From: Faecalibaculum rodentium
GTDB taxonomy: Bacteria > Bacillota_I > Bacilli_A > Erysipelotrichales > Erysipelotrichaceae
Length of the DNA: 32,000 nucleotides
Direction: 5' to 3'
NCBI RefSeq assembly: GCF_001564455.1
Contig: NZ_CP011391.1
Coordinates: forward strand, 2,040,001 to 2,072,000
The translations under genes were made by a program, and so were the position numbers. The notes beneath the pieces were generated by a model. The model was not told where the DNA came from. It made no database searches and saw only the letters and a list, made by a program, of their open reading frames with translations. Positions 18,131-26,879 of this stretch are shown in pieces (positions within the stretch are counted from its first letter, which is position 1; every line of letters starts with the position of its first letter).

Positions 18131-19142
18131 TTACGATACCTTTCTAATAAATTTATTCGGATACAAGAAGAACTCCAACCACTCTGTCTTTTTCATGATA
18201 CAAGCAGCCATAATCGGACCTACAAAGCTAATTCCAAGTCCCAGCACTACATGAATCACAGTGTTTTCGATGCCGATCTTCATCAGGATAGATCTCATCG
18301 GTGCCGCAAACAAAGTGTGCATCAGGAAAATCGGCATTGTGTATTTTGCAAGAAAGTCCATTCCTCTACCGAACTTTTCCTCAAAACCCGCCGCCATCAA
18401 GATAACAGCTACACAAGCTAATAGCCCCATTGCGAAAGAGATCACACTACTGCCGATTTCCACCGTGTATACTACAATACTCAGAATTATAAACAGCATT
18501 CCGAATATTGTTCCTTTTACTTTTCTCCCCTTCAGCTGCACATTAAACGCACAAATACTCATACCGAGCACAAACCAGATTTCGTTTGAGAGAACCGTCG
18601 ATACAGCGTAAACGCTGTACCCCCCCCCCAGTTAAAATCAGGACTTTTGCTGCCAATGCAACAATCAGCCCTACCGCAGCTGCTTTCACACTGCTAAAAG
18701 TCGGTGTAACAAGAAAGATAAAGAATAGTGCATACAAATACCAGTACGGTGTTGTTGGGCGAAAAAATAATGTATCATCCAGACCTCCAATCTGGTTATT
18801 AACACGGCTTGGGAATACCTTTTTCAGCACCCATGTAGCAGTCGTAAAGGTTGCATAAGGAACACCAAGTGCTAACGCTTTTTTTGTCACATTCTTGCAC
18901 CAGCTACCAACACTGTTTACCTTGCCGTATTTCTGATACAAGTATCCGCTACAAATAAAGAACAGCGGTACGTGGAAGTAATAGATTGTCGTATTAAACC
19001 ATCCATACAGATTATTTTCCGGCAGAATATTCGCCTTCGTCATGCTCTGGAAGAAATGGCCCAGTACAACCAATATGCAGGCAATGACTTTTACATCATC
19101 GACCCATTTTTCTCTTGTTCTTACCGCTGTCTTTTCACTCAT
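18131..19142 (-). pseudogene. Acyltransferase family 3 (OafA/WcjE-like O-acyltransferase), out of frame at a G10 tract
   Basis: ORFs 18543..19142 (MSEKTAVRTREKWVDDVKVIACILVVLGHFF...) and 18131..18571 are the two halves. The frame after the tract reads YSVYAVSTVLSNEIWFVLGMSICAF. With G9 the gene is 1011 nt, giving 336 aa. Confidence 0.8.
18620..18629 (-). repeat. Homopolymeric G10 tract (C10 on the plus strand), coding-strand context actGGGGGGGGGGtacag
   Basis: Counted directly. Confidence 0.9.
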
Positions 19143-20323
19143 TACTTCGTCTCCATCTGCTGTGCGATATCAGTATCCACGATTTCCTCGCCAGTCTTGT
19201 GCTTCAGCTGCTCCTTAGATGCTTCACTCAGACCGTTATTGATCACACAGTTCATATCGCAGGTGCTGCACTTATCCAGATCCTCCTTGGTGACCTTGCC
19301 ATCACGGTAATCACGGCAGATTTTCAACTCGTACATGCTGTACGGATGCTTGGTAAAGAGAGCCTTGAACTTGTGAACCAGAACCCAGGTAGCGGGCTTC
19401 CAGATGTACTTGTGCATAGCCGGAGAAACAGAACCAATCATCCAGCAGTCACGGTCGCAGCAACGAACCTTTGCACGAACCTTCTCGGCCTCCGGGCTGT
19501 TCCACAGCTCATCCCAAGTCTGGTTATTCAGGTTGCCCATGACTTCTTTATCCTTGGTACCATTGCAAGGCATAACATCACCATACGGGTCGATGAAGAA
19601 GGTATCGAAGCTCATGTCGCAAGGCAGCAGACGCTTCTGGCCGTAGATGTAGTTGATCAGGCCGTGGTTGAAGTAAGCACGGAACCACTTTTTCGGGCTG
19701 TTGCTGCGGAGCAGTTCATTGACCAGGTTCTCGAAGTTCTTTGCAACCATCGGACGGTCATGGATGATGTTCTTTGCCTCAACAAAGTAGAAACTGTTGT
19801 GCAGAGAAGCGGTAGCGAACTCCATACCCATCTCATCGGAGATCTTGTACAGCGGAACCAGGTCAGGAGCGTTCTTGTCCTGAACGGTCATACCGAAGCC
19901 AACGTCCTTCATGCCCATCTCACGCAGTTTCTTCAGCGTGCCATAACCACGCTGGTAGCCGTTCTGTAAACCACGGATCTCGTTGTTGGTCTGCTCCAGA
20001 CCCTCGATAGAGATACGGATACCGATCTGCGGGAACTCTTTGCACAGGTCAACGATACGGTCAGTAAAGAAGCCATTGGTCGAAATAACAATACGGTCAG
20101 ACTTCTTGTACAGCTCACGCACGATATCTTTCAGGTCCGTGCGGATAAACGGCTCACCGCCGGTGATATTTGTAAAGTACATCTTCGGCAGCTTCTTGAT
20201 GGTTTCAATGCTGATCTCCTCTTCCGGCTTGGAAGGTGCTTTATAGCGGTTGCACATGGAGCAACGGGCGTTGCAGCGATAAGTGACGATGACAGTACCA
20301 TTTAACTTCTTTTCTTCAAACAT
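19142..20323 (-). CDS. Radical SAM enzyme with SPASM/twitch-like auxiliary cysteine clusters
   Basis: The motif C17-x3-C21-x2-C24 (YRCNARCSMC) is present. Downstream segments are PCNGTKD...VRCCDRDCW and a C-terminal C-x16-C-x2-C-x3-C cluster. Its start overlaps the upstream gene by 8 nt. Its stop overlaps the next start (TAATG). Confidence 0.85.
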   Translation of the reverse strand: MFEEKKLNGTVIVTYRCNARCSMCNRYKAPSKPEEEISIETIKKLPKMYFTNITGGEPFIRTDLKDIVRELYKKSDRIVISTNGFFTDRIVDLCKEFPQIGIRISIEGLEQTNNEIRGLQNGYQRGYGTLKKLREMGMKDVGFGMTVQDKNAPDLVPLYKISDEMGMEFATASLHNSFYFVEAKNIIHDRPMVAKNFENLVNELLRSNSPKKWFRAYFNHGLINYIYGQKRLLPCDMSFDTFFIDPYGDVMPCNGTKDKEVMGNLNNQTWDELWNSPEAEKVRAKVRCCDRDCWMIGSVSPAMHKYIWKPATWVLVHKFKALFTKHPYSMYELKICRDYRDGKVTKEDLDKCSTCDMNCVINNGLSEASKEQLKHKTGEEIVDTDIAQQMETK

Positions 20324-20935
20324 GATTAACTCTCCTATTGTTTACTTTATCTTTTAAGAATGTTTCGATTTTATTTAAGAACCACTTTGCACATACCGAG
20401 AACACAATCGAGCCGCAAACGACTACAACAGCCGTGAAAAGATATGCCAGCAGACCGTTTCCAAACAGATGTACAAGGTGTAGCTTCTCAAGCACACGAT
20501 AAATTACCATGTGGCACAGGTAAATCTCGAAGCAGATACCACCGAGGAACTTGGCGACTGGATTGACCAGTACCCCCCCCTTGCATCCGAGGGTATAAAT
20601 CAGTGCTGCCACACAGAAGAACAGCACCGTGAGCGTATTGCCGCCTAATGCAAAATAAGCAACTGCGGCAATCAACAAAGTCGCTCCGGCGATAACTTTG
20701 CATTTTGCTGCAAACTCAGCCAACTCTTTCCGATATAGAAAAATCAAGCCTCCAGCGATAAAATATACTGCACAGTACAGAATGTTTGTCCTTGCACTGA
20801 AATTTACGGCTGCTCCATCTGCAATGTGGCTTTCATCAAAGAAATATGTACTGCATACGAAGTTGTAGATTACGGCGCAGATAAATGCCAACCATGCACG
20901 TTTCTTGTTTTCCAGCAGAAAGCAGAAAAAAGGAA
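20316..20935 (-). pseudogene. Acyltransferase family 3, 3' portion (interrupted by IS1595); contains an in-frame G8 tract
   Basis: The segment reads ...PFFCFLLENKKRAWLAFICAVIY...ICFEIYLCHMVIY. It continues the 5' portion at 22056..22493 in frame once the IS and one target-duplication copy are removed. Confidence 0.8.
20573..20580 (-). repeat. Homopolymeric G8 tract (C8 on the plus strand), coding-strand context caaGGGGGGGGtactg
   Basis: Counted directly. It encodes the GG in GCKGGVLV. Confidence 0.9.
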
Positions 20936-22055
20936 CTTGATAGGCTACGAAGCTCAGTAAAGCTAAGCTGCAACCAGTTGTTTCTGGACGTCTTTAAAGT
21001 AGTCGATCATACCCTGCCGGGTCTGGTGAGCACCGCTGATTAGAGTTCTTCCCAGTGATGCAAAGATACTCTTTTTCTTCCATTTCCGGCGACTCAGTTT
21101 CCACTCGAAGTCTGCTAATTCGTTCTCCAGAAACTGCAGTGCGATCCCGTGTGCAGTCCCCTGTACCTTGCTTCTGAAGTTGGAAATGATGTGATCCAGA
21201 GAGGACAGATGATCTGTATCCACTTCGAACTTTTGGGCATCCACCAGTTTGCCGGCTATATCCAGAGCCAGGTTGGCCGAACTCCGGTCACAATGCACTA
21301 CACAGTCACTGGGGACTTCTTCTTCCAGAAACTTCTTCAGTTCTGCCTTATTCTCGCTGTGAACGATTCTGAATTTGACAGCATCTGTGGCTTCGAATAC
21401 TTCCTCATCACCATCCATGTCGTCCCAGACATAGTGTTTGATCACAGCTGCAGCCACATTGACTTTACCTTCTGCTCCCCATCCACGCTTTCCATGCTTC
21501 TTTCCGCCATAGGAAAAGACATCCAGTTCGATCGCATCGCAATCAACGGCTATGTGAGTTTCGTTGTCCTGCTTCTGAGCCTGTTTGATCTTGCGAAGCA
21601 TGAGTTTTGTGGTGTGGTAGCTGACACCTGTCAGATCACTGATGTATTTGGCAGAAGTTCCCGTCTTGGAGATAACATAGGCGAACATCACGAGGATCCA
21701 GGAAAACAGAGGAGCCTTGGTGCTTTCCAGCGCTGTCCCGGCAGTGACAGATTCCTGATGACCACAGTGAGCGCACTGATAGACAGTTCTGAGAGAGCCG
21801 TTTTTTCGTACAACAGTCGTGTAGTGGGTATGACCGCACTTTGAGCACACAAAACCATCCTTCCACTTCAGATCAAAGAAGAAGCGTTCTGCGTCATGGG
21901 GGTCTGAATACTGGGCATGGATATCAGCAAAAGTCAGGTCTTTGAACAGCGATTTCTTGAACATAGGGTGCCTCTCTTCCTGATTCAAGTATCGCATTAT
22001 TACTGGCGCTATTTATGCGTGATAAGCTATTAACTGAGCTTGGTAGTCTATCAAG
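20936..22055 (-). mobile_element. IS1595-family insertion sequence (1120 bp) with imperfect terminal inverted repeats and 8-bp target duplication
   Basis: The inverted repeats are CTTGATAGACTACCAAGCTCAGTTAATAGC (reverse complement of 22026..22055) and CTTGATAGGCTACGAAGCTCAGTAAAGC (20936..20963). The direct repeat AAAAGGAA occurs at 20928..20935 and 22056..22063. Confidence 0.85.
20963..21964 (-). CDS. IS1595-family transposase (N-terminal zinc ribbon plus ISXO2-like DDE domain)
   Basis: FFFDLKWKDGFVCSKCGHTHYTTV...YQCAHCGHQESVTAGT is the zinc-ribbon pattern. The likely start is MFKKSLF at 21964, with a GGAAGAGAGG RBS. Confidence 0.8.
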   Translation of the reverse strand: MFKKSLFKDLTFADIHAQYSDPHDAERFFFDLKWKDGFVCSKCGHTHYTTVVRKNGSLRTVYQCAHCGHQESVTAGTALESTKAPLFSWILVMFAYVISKTGTSAKYISDLTGVSYHTTKLMLRKIKQAQKQDNETHIAVDCDAIELDVFSYGGKKHGKRGWGAEGKVNVAAAVIKHYVWDDMDGDEEVFEATDAVKFRIVHSENKAELKKFLEEEVPSDCVVHCDRSSANLALDIAGKLVDAQKFEVDTDHLSSLDHIISNFRSKVQGTAHGIALQFLENELADFEWKLSRRKWKKKSIFASLGRTLISGAHQTRQGMIDYFKDVQKQLVAA

Positions 22056-22493
22056 AAAAGGAAACAGCAGATAAAACACAAAAATCACTGCCAAAGTCCA
22101 ACTCACACCGATAACCGATATGTTCATATTCGGCAAAAATCCCTGGCAGAGTGTCAGGTTTGCAAAGACCTCATACAACGCACTTTTACTAGGTGACATT
22201 ACGAAGTCCAGCACACAAAGCAACGCGAAATATGGCCAGATCTTGCTGTACCTTTTGTTGTAGAACTCTCCCACACCAATTTTCTGATCCTTGAATTTCT
22301 GGTAGTAGCCGCAGCACATGCCAAAGCTGCTGACCATCATAAAAAGGAAAACGAGGTTTGTGAAAGATGGTATCAGCCTCTCAAACACAAATCCTCCTAT
22401 CCCATATTCTCCATTTGCGAGGACGTGCATCAGTGCAATGCCAATGATGGCATACGCCTTCAATCCATCTATTCCCTCATATCTCTCTTTCAT
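22056..22493 (-). pseudogene. Acyltransferase family 3, 5' portion (interrupted by IS1595)
   Basis: MKERYEGIDGLKAYAIIGIALMHV...VSWTLAVIFVFYLLFPF matches the family. Its ATG overlaps the stop of the upstream gene (ATGA). Confidence 0.8.
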
Positions 22494-23458
22494 CCCACAA
22501 GCATCCCCCACAGTGTCTTCGCATATTTTTCCTCTGAACACTCACTTTCAAGGAAGTTCTTAAACTTCTCCGCAATAGCATTAGCTTCTTCTCTATGCTG
22601 CAAGAAGTACTGGATTGTATTTTTCCAGTCTTCTACATCCTTACCACATAAAGCACCTCTGCCATCGGCGGAATACTCCTGTGTAGTTACCGTATCCGAC
22701 GTGATTGCCATCTTCCCATTGGCGGCTGCCTGGTAAAAAGCAATCAATCCGGCCGGTGCCTCCGTATCCAACGGCGTAACTACCAGCTGTGACTGACACA
22801 TGAACTCAAGGAATTCCTGTTCAGGAATATCCGACTTCACCACCATATTTTTGCCGAAGTTCTCTTTGTACTCTTCAAACTTATCCTTCGGCATAACACA
22901 GTTGAATGTAACTTCCGGCATCGTCTGTGCAATTCTAATCAGAAACTCCCAGTCGCGACCGTTCCGTCCGCCGCAGAATACACTATTCGGCACTACTTCG
23001 CCTTCATATTCGATGCTGTAACCACCATGATAGGTGTCGTGCAGCAGTGTGTATCTCTTATGGATTCCGAGCATTTCGTTCAAGTGTTCACCGTACTTCT
23101 TAGAGGTCACAGTCGCTTGAACCTTTTTTGATATCAGAACCGGCTTGTATAAGAGCTTCGCCAACTTGTTCTTAGTAGTTGCTTTATCTTTAAGCAAAAT
23201 ATTCAGTGCAATGATTTTTCTATTTTTGAACTGCACTTTACACAGCCACCAGCACAAAACTGCCATGAAGTCATACCAGCAGATGATAGTGTCGCCATCG
23301 GCTGACTTCTTGATTATATCCTTGCAGGCTGCCAGCATTTCTTTAGTGGAACTACATTTCTGATGAGGATAAACCTGCCGAATCTTGGCTGTTTCATAGC
23401 TGTTCAGAAATGTCATATTCTGTTTATCTGCCGGGTTATCAAACAGCATATAAACCAT
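22490..23458 (-). CDS. Putative glycosyltransferase (GT-B fold)
   Basis: The 322-aa ORF sits within the glycosyltransferase block. Its C-terminal half (FCGGRNGRDWEFL...TPLDTEAPAGLIAFYQAAANGK) resembles the GT-B nucleotide-sugar-binding domain. An AGGGAGGGGG RBS is present. Confidence 0.5.
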   Translation of the reverse strand: MVYMLFDNPADKQNMTFLNSYETAKIRQVYPHQKCSSTKEMLAACKDIIKKSADGDTIICWYDFMAVLCWWLCKVQFKNRKIIALNILLKDKATTKNKLAKLLYKPVLISKKVQATVTSKKYGEHLNEMLGIHKRYTLLHDTYHGGYSIEYEGEVVPNSVFCGGRNGRDWEFLIRIAQTMPEVTFNCVMPKDKFEEYKENFGKNMVVKSDIPEQEFLEFMCQSQLVVTPLDTEAPAGLIAFYQAAANGKMAITSDTVTTQEYSADGRGALCGKDVEDWKNTIQYFLQHREEANAIAEKFKNFLESECSEEKYAKTLWGMLVG

Positions 23459-23475
23459 CGGCCTGTCCCCCTCCC

Positions 23476-24675
23476 TTACTGATACACCTTCATAATTTTC
23501 TCGTAATACTCATCAATGGTATCGAAGCTGATGTCCTTACAGTTCTTGCTATACTGCTCACACAGCTTCTTATCACTCCAGAGCTTCTCGATCTTCTTCT
23601 TCAGATCTTCGGCATTACCGCTCTCAAACAGCTCGCCGGTCTTGCCAACCTGAATCAGTTCCGGGATGCCACCGATGTTCGCTCCCAGCACCGGTGTGCC
23701 ATACATCTGGGATTCCATTACGGAGAACGGGCAGTTCTCATACCACTCAGACGGATAGATGGAGAACCGTGCCTCACGGATGAGCTTTTCCAGTGCCTCA
23801 CCTTTCTGGAAACCAACGTTCTTGATATTCTTAATACCATTTACCGTCTCTTCCAAAGGACCAGTGCCGGCGAAGATGAACTGTACATCCGGCAGCTCCT
23901 TACAGACCTTGATGAGTGTGCCGATGCCCTTTTCTTCAGAGAAGCGGCCAAAGTAGAGGACGTAATCCTTCTTTTCCGTTTCTTTCCACTCCACCTTGTC
24001 GATAAAGTTGTGCATTGCCACGGTCTTTGTTGCAAACAGCGGGTTGCTGTCCATCTTGCTCTTCATGAACTCCGAGCAGCAGATCATTGTGTCAATGTAC
24101 TTATAGGTACCCTTCCACTTCCAGAACTCAGCCTCCATCATGCCGATGGCTGACTTTGCCGTGGAGCCGTGGATGCACTTGCCTTTCATGCAGTTCACGA
24201 AATGGCCGCCGAGGCACTTCTCACAGTTCTGATGGGTGTTCGGATTGTTCAGCATGTGGTTCGGACAAACCAGTTGGTAGTCATGTGCCGTGAAGATGAT
24301 CTTACAATCTCTTCCGGTCTCCTTGCGCCACTTCACGATTTCCAGAATGATGGAAGGTGTCAACTGGTAATTGAAGTTGTTCGAGTGACAGACATCCGGC
24401 TTGAAGTCGTCCAGAACTTTTCTCAGCTGCACCCGTGCTTCCTTGCTGTAGATGGTCTTGATCGGGTAGGTCAGCTGGCTCAGTTTGCTGCCACCGTGGA
24501 AGTCCATGTCACTTGTGTAAGCATTGACCCGGTTGCCCACGCAACGGCCTTCATGCTCCATACCGAAGTACTGAACCTCGTGTCCGTGCTGCTCCAGCGC
24601 CTCACCCAATTTGAATATATACGTCTCACTTCCGCCGTTTCGGTGCAGGAATTTATTCAAAATCAGCGTCCTCAC
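23476..24675 (-). CDS. GT4-family glycosyltransferase
   Basis: MRTLILNKFLHRNGGSETY, FGRFSEEKGI and PSEWYENCPFSVMESQMYGTPVLGANIGGIPELI (EX7E) are present. It uses a GTG start with an AAGGAG RBS. Confidence 0.9.
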   Translation of the reverse strand: MRTLILNKFLHRNGGSETYIFKLGEALEQHGHEVQYFGMEHEGRCVGNRVNAYTSDMDFHGGSKLSQLTYPIKTIYSKEARVQLRKVLDDFKPDVCHSNNFNYQLTPSIILEIVKWRKETGRDCKIIFTAHDYQLVCPNHMLNNPNTHQNCEKCLGGHFVNCMKGKCIHGSTAKSAIGMMEAEFWKWKGTYKYIDTMICCSEFMKSKMDSNPLFATKTVAMHNFIDKVEWKETEKKDYVLYFGRFSEEKGIGTLIKVCKELPDVQFIFAGTGPLEETVNGIKNIKNVGFQKGEALEKLIREARFSIYPSEWYENCPFSVMESQMYGTPVLGANIGGIPELIQVGKTGELFESGNAEDLKKKIEKLWSDKKLCEQYSKNCKDISFDTIDEYYEKIMKVYQ

Positions 24676-24909
24676 GTTAAATTTCTCCTTGTTCTATGCT
24701 TTATTTCACTACCTCTGTTCAGATGAAGCACTTCCAATGTGTTGTTCATAAACCAGTGTGCTCCATACAAACGCAGGTAGTGATACTGAAAGTTCTTATG
24801 ATAATTTCATCTGCTGTTGCTGAACCTAGGTAGCGAGATTAAAACTGCTCTTGCAGCTCCCAGCCCATCTCGAAAAGTGCCGTAAATACGCTGTTTTTCA
24901 AGTGTTTTC

Positions 24910-25012
24910 ACTATGTACATCTCACTACCTGCGTTCGGTTAGAGGAGATTATTCAAAATCAGCGTCTTCACGTTATTTTTCTCCTTATTCTATATTTCAT
25001 TTCACAACATTT
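24910..25012 (-). repeat. Degenerate duplicate of the RBS and first ~20 codons of the GT4 gene at 23476..24675
   Basis: It is about 80% identical by eye to 24615..24715. It keeps AAGGAG and GTG but reads MKTLILNNLL followed by a stop. Confidence 0.6.
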
Positions 25013-25043
25013 GTTGGAATAGCCGAGACACCAGTTTTCTGCC

Positions 25044-26171
25044 TCATTTTCTATATAACTTCATCGTTTCCTGTACAACTTCGTCCCAATTGTATTTCTT
25101 GCAGATAAAGTCAGCTGCCTGCTTCTTCATTTTCATAACCATTTCCGGATGGTCACAAGCATCTTGCAGTTTTTCTTGCAAGTCCTTTACATCCGACTTT
25201 TTGAAAATCAGCGCCTTATCTTCCACAACCTCTGTACACTCTGGAATATCGGAAACCAGACAGCAATTGCCGTAGCTCATCGCTTCCAACAGACTCAGGG
25301 GCATCCCTTCCAGATCAGACGGCAGCGTATAGGTATAAGCATTACTGTACAACTCATCCAGCATTGCTCCCTGTACAAACCCGGTAAAGAGAATCAGATC
25401 ATCGCCCTTCGCTAGTTCTTTCAATTCCTCCATAAAGGAATCCGTATCACTGGAGCCGCCTGCAATGACCAGCTTTTTATCCGTCTTAACGTTCTTGAAT
25501 GCCCCAACCAGATATCGAATGCCTTTTTCCGGCACCAGACGACCGAGGAACAGGATGTAGGAGTCTTTTTCCAGTCGAAAATGCTCCTTGATTAGCTTCG
25601 CTTCCCGAATCTGCGGTCTATTTACACCATTGGGAATGAAGTGAGTTTCTCTACCATAGGTTTCCTTGAAATAGTCCTGCACGCCTTTGCTCAGAACAAT
25701 GACCTCGTCCGCATATTTCGCAGCATTTTTTTCGCCTTGGTGGATAAACTTAGAGCCAAGTCCTGATTGCCATTTCTCGCGCTGCCAGTCAATGCCATGA
25801 ACGGTAACTACAACTCTTTTCCCAAACATCTTTGGCAGCCATGTAAAGAAGGCCGGTCCTTCGGCGTGGATATGCACTACATCGTATTTTCCAAACGCAC
25901 TGTAAAGAGCCGCGAAAAATGAAGAGCTGACTGCAGCAAGTCCACGCCGCTCAATGGTCGGAACAGACTTCTGACGGATTCCCTCGTACTCCGTTTTACC
26001 AGCATCGTCATATTCTGCACCACTCACATGATGGCCTGCTCTGTTGTAGCAAGTCACGTCACAGCCATTCTGTGCCATTCGGGTGCAGAGTTCTTTGACA
26101 ACGATCTCTACTCCGCCCTCTCTTGATAATCGCTTCTGTCCGAACATCGCAATCGCAAGTTTCTTACTCAT
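25044..26171 (-). CDS. GT4-family glycosyltransferase
   Basis: MSKKLAIAMFGQKRLSREGGVEIVVKELCTRM...HIHAEGPAFF...FLGRLVPEKGI...PSDLEGMPLSLLEAMSYGNCCLVSDIPE matches the family. An alternative start lies at 26186. Confidence 0.85.
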   Translation of the reverse strand: MSKKLAIAMFGQKRLSREGGVEIVVKELCTRMAQNGCDVTCYNRAGHHVSGAEYDDAGKTEYEGIRQKSVPTIERRGLAAVSSSFFAALYSAFGKYDVVHIHAEGPAFFTWLPKMFGKRVVVTVHGIDWQREKWQSGLGSKFIHQGEKNAAKYADEVIVLSKGVQDYFKETYGRETHFIPNGVNRPQIREAKLIKEHFRLEKDSYILFLGRLVPEKGIRYLVGAFKNVKTDKKLVIAGGSSDTDSFMEELKELAKGDDLILFTGFVQGAMLDELYSNAYTYTLPSDLEGMPLSLLEAMSYGNCCLVSDIPECTEVVEDKALIFKKSDVKDLQEKLQDACDHPEMVMKMKKQAADFICKKYNWDEVVQETMKLYRK

Positions 26172-26434
26172 AATTCTTTCCCACACACAATCCCACTCAA
26201 TTTCTTCATCTATATTTCAGCCAACACAAAGAGCAGACAGGCTTGTTCACCTGTCCGCTGGCTGTCACCCCACCCTCATGGTCGAGATTTCTTCCTGTGC
26301 AGCATTTCTGCCACACAGAAAGATTAATCGTTCATTCTTCGGGTAAGAAAATATGAACTTCGGGGCGCGGAGCCTTTCATTCTCTGCCGTACCCTTGTCC
26401 CTATTATGACAGCCGCGTATTATTTCACACTCCC

Positions 26435-26808
26435 CATGGATAGTAACAATCACTTTCTTGCCAAGGAACTTTGGTATCCAAGAAAAAAAACGCAGGTCCT
26501 TCAGCGTGGATGTGCACGAGATCAAATTTCCCAAGCCCACTGTAGAGTGCAGAAAAAAAGGACGAACTTACAGCCGCAAGTCCTTTCCTATGAATTGTCG
26601 GAACCGCTTTTTGGCTAATCCCATCATATTCAACCAATTCTTCATCATACTCTGCCCCGCTAACATGATGGCCGCTTCTATTAAAACAAGTCACTTCATG
26701 TCCTTCTCTTACCATTCGAGTACAGAGTTCCTTTACTACAATTTCTACTCCACCTTCTCTGGATAGACGTTTCTGGCCGAACATAGCAATCCTTAATTTT
26801 TCACTCAT
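26435..26808 (-). pseudogene. Frameshifted, truncated paralogue of the N-terminal domain of the GT4 gene at 25044..26171
   Basis: MSEKLRIAMFGQKRLSREGGVEIVVKELCTRMVREGHEVTCFNRSGHHVSGAEYDE...HIHAEGPAFF parallels the intact gene. The frame changes at a T8 run (A8 at 26483..26490 on the plus strand). Similarity continues as SWIPKFLGKKVIVTIHG and then stops. Confidence 0.75.
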
Positions 26809-26879
26809 CTTTAATCCCCATAACCATTTCGTTTAGCTTTTTTAAAGGAACACATCTCTATCACCCCATAGATACGGGT

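Noticed and set aside
19115-19969. ORF 19115..19969 on the plus strand (284 aa)
   Set aside because: It is an antisense shadow of the radical SAM gene, which has an unambiguous CX3CX2C motif.
21149-21844. ORF 21149..21844 on the plus strand (231 aa)
   Set aside because: It is antisense to the IS1595 transposase and has no motifs.
23410-24726. ORFs 23410..24153 and 24169..24726 on the plus strand
   Set aside because: They are antisense to the GT4 gene, which carries the EX7E motif. Their sequences are typical Leu/His/Val-rich shadow frames.
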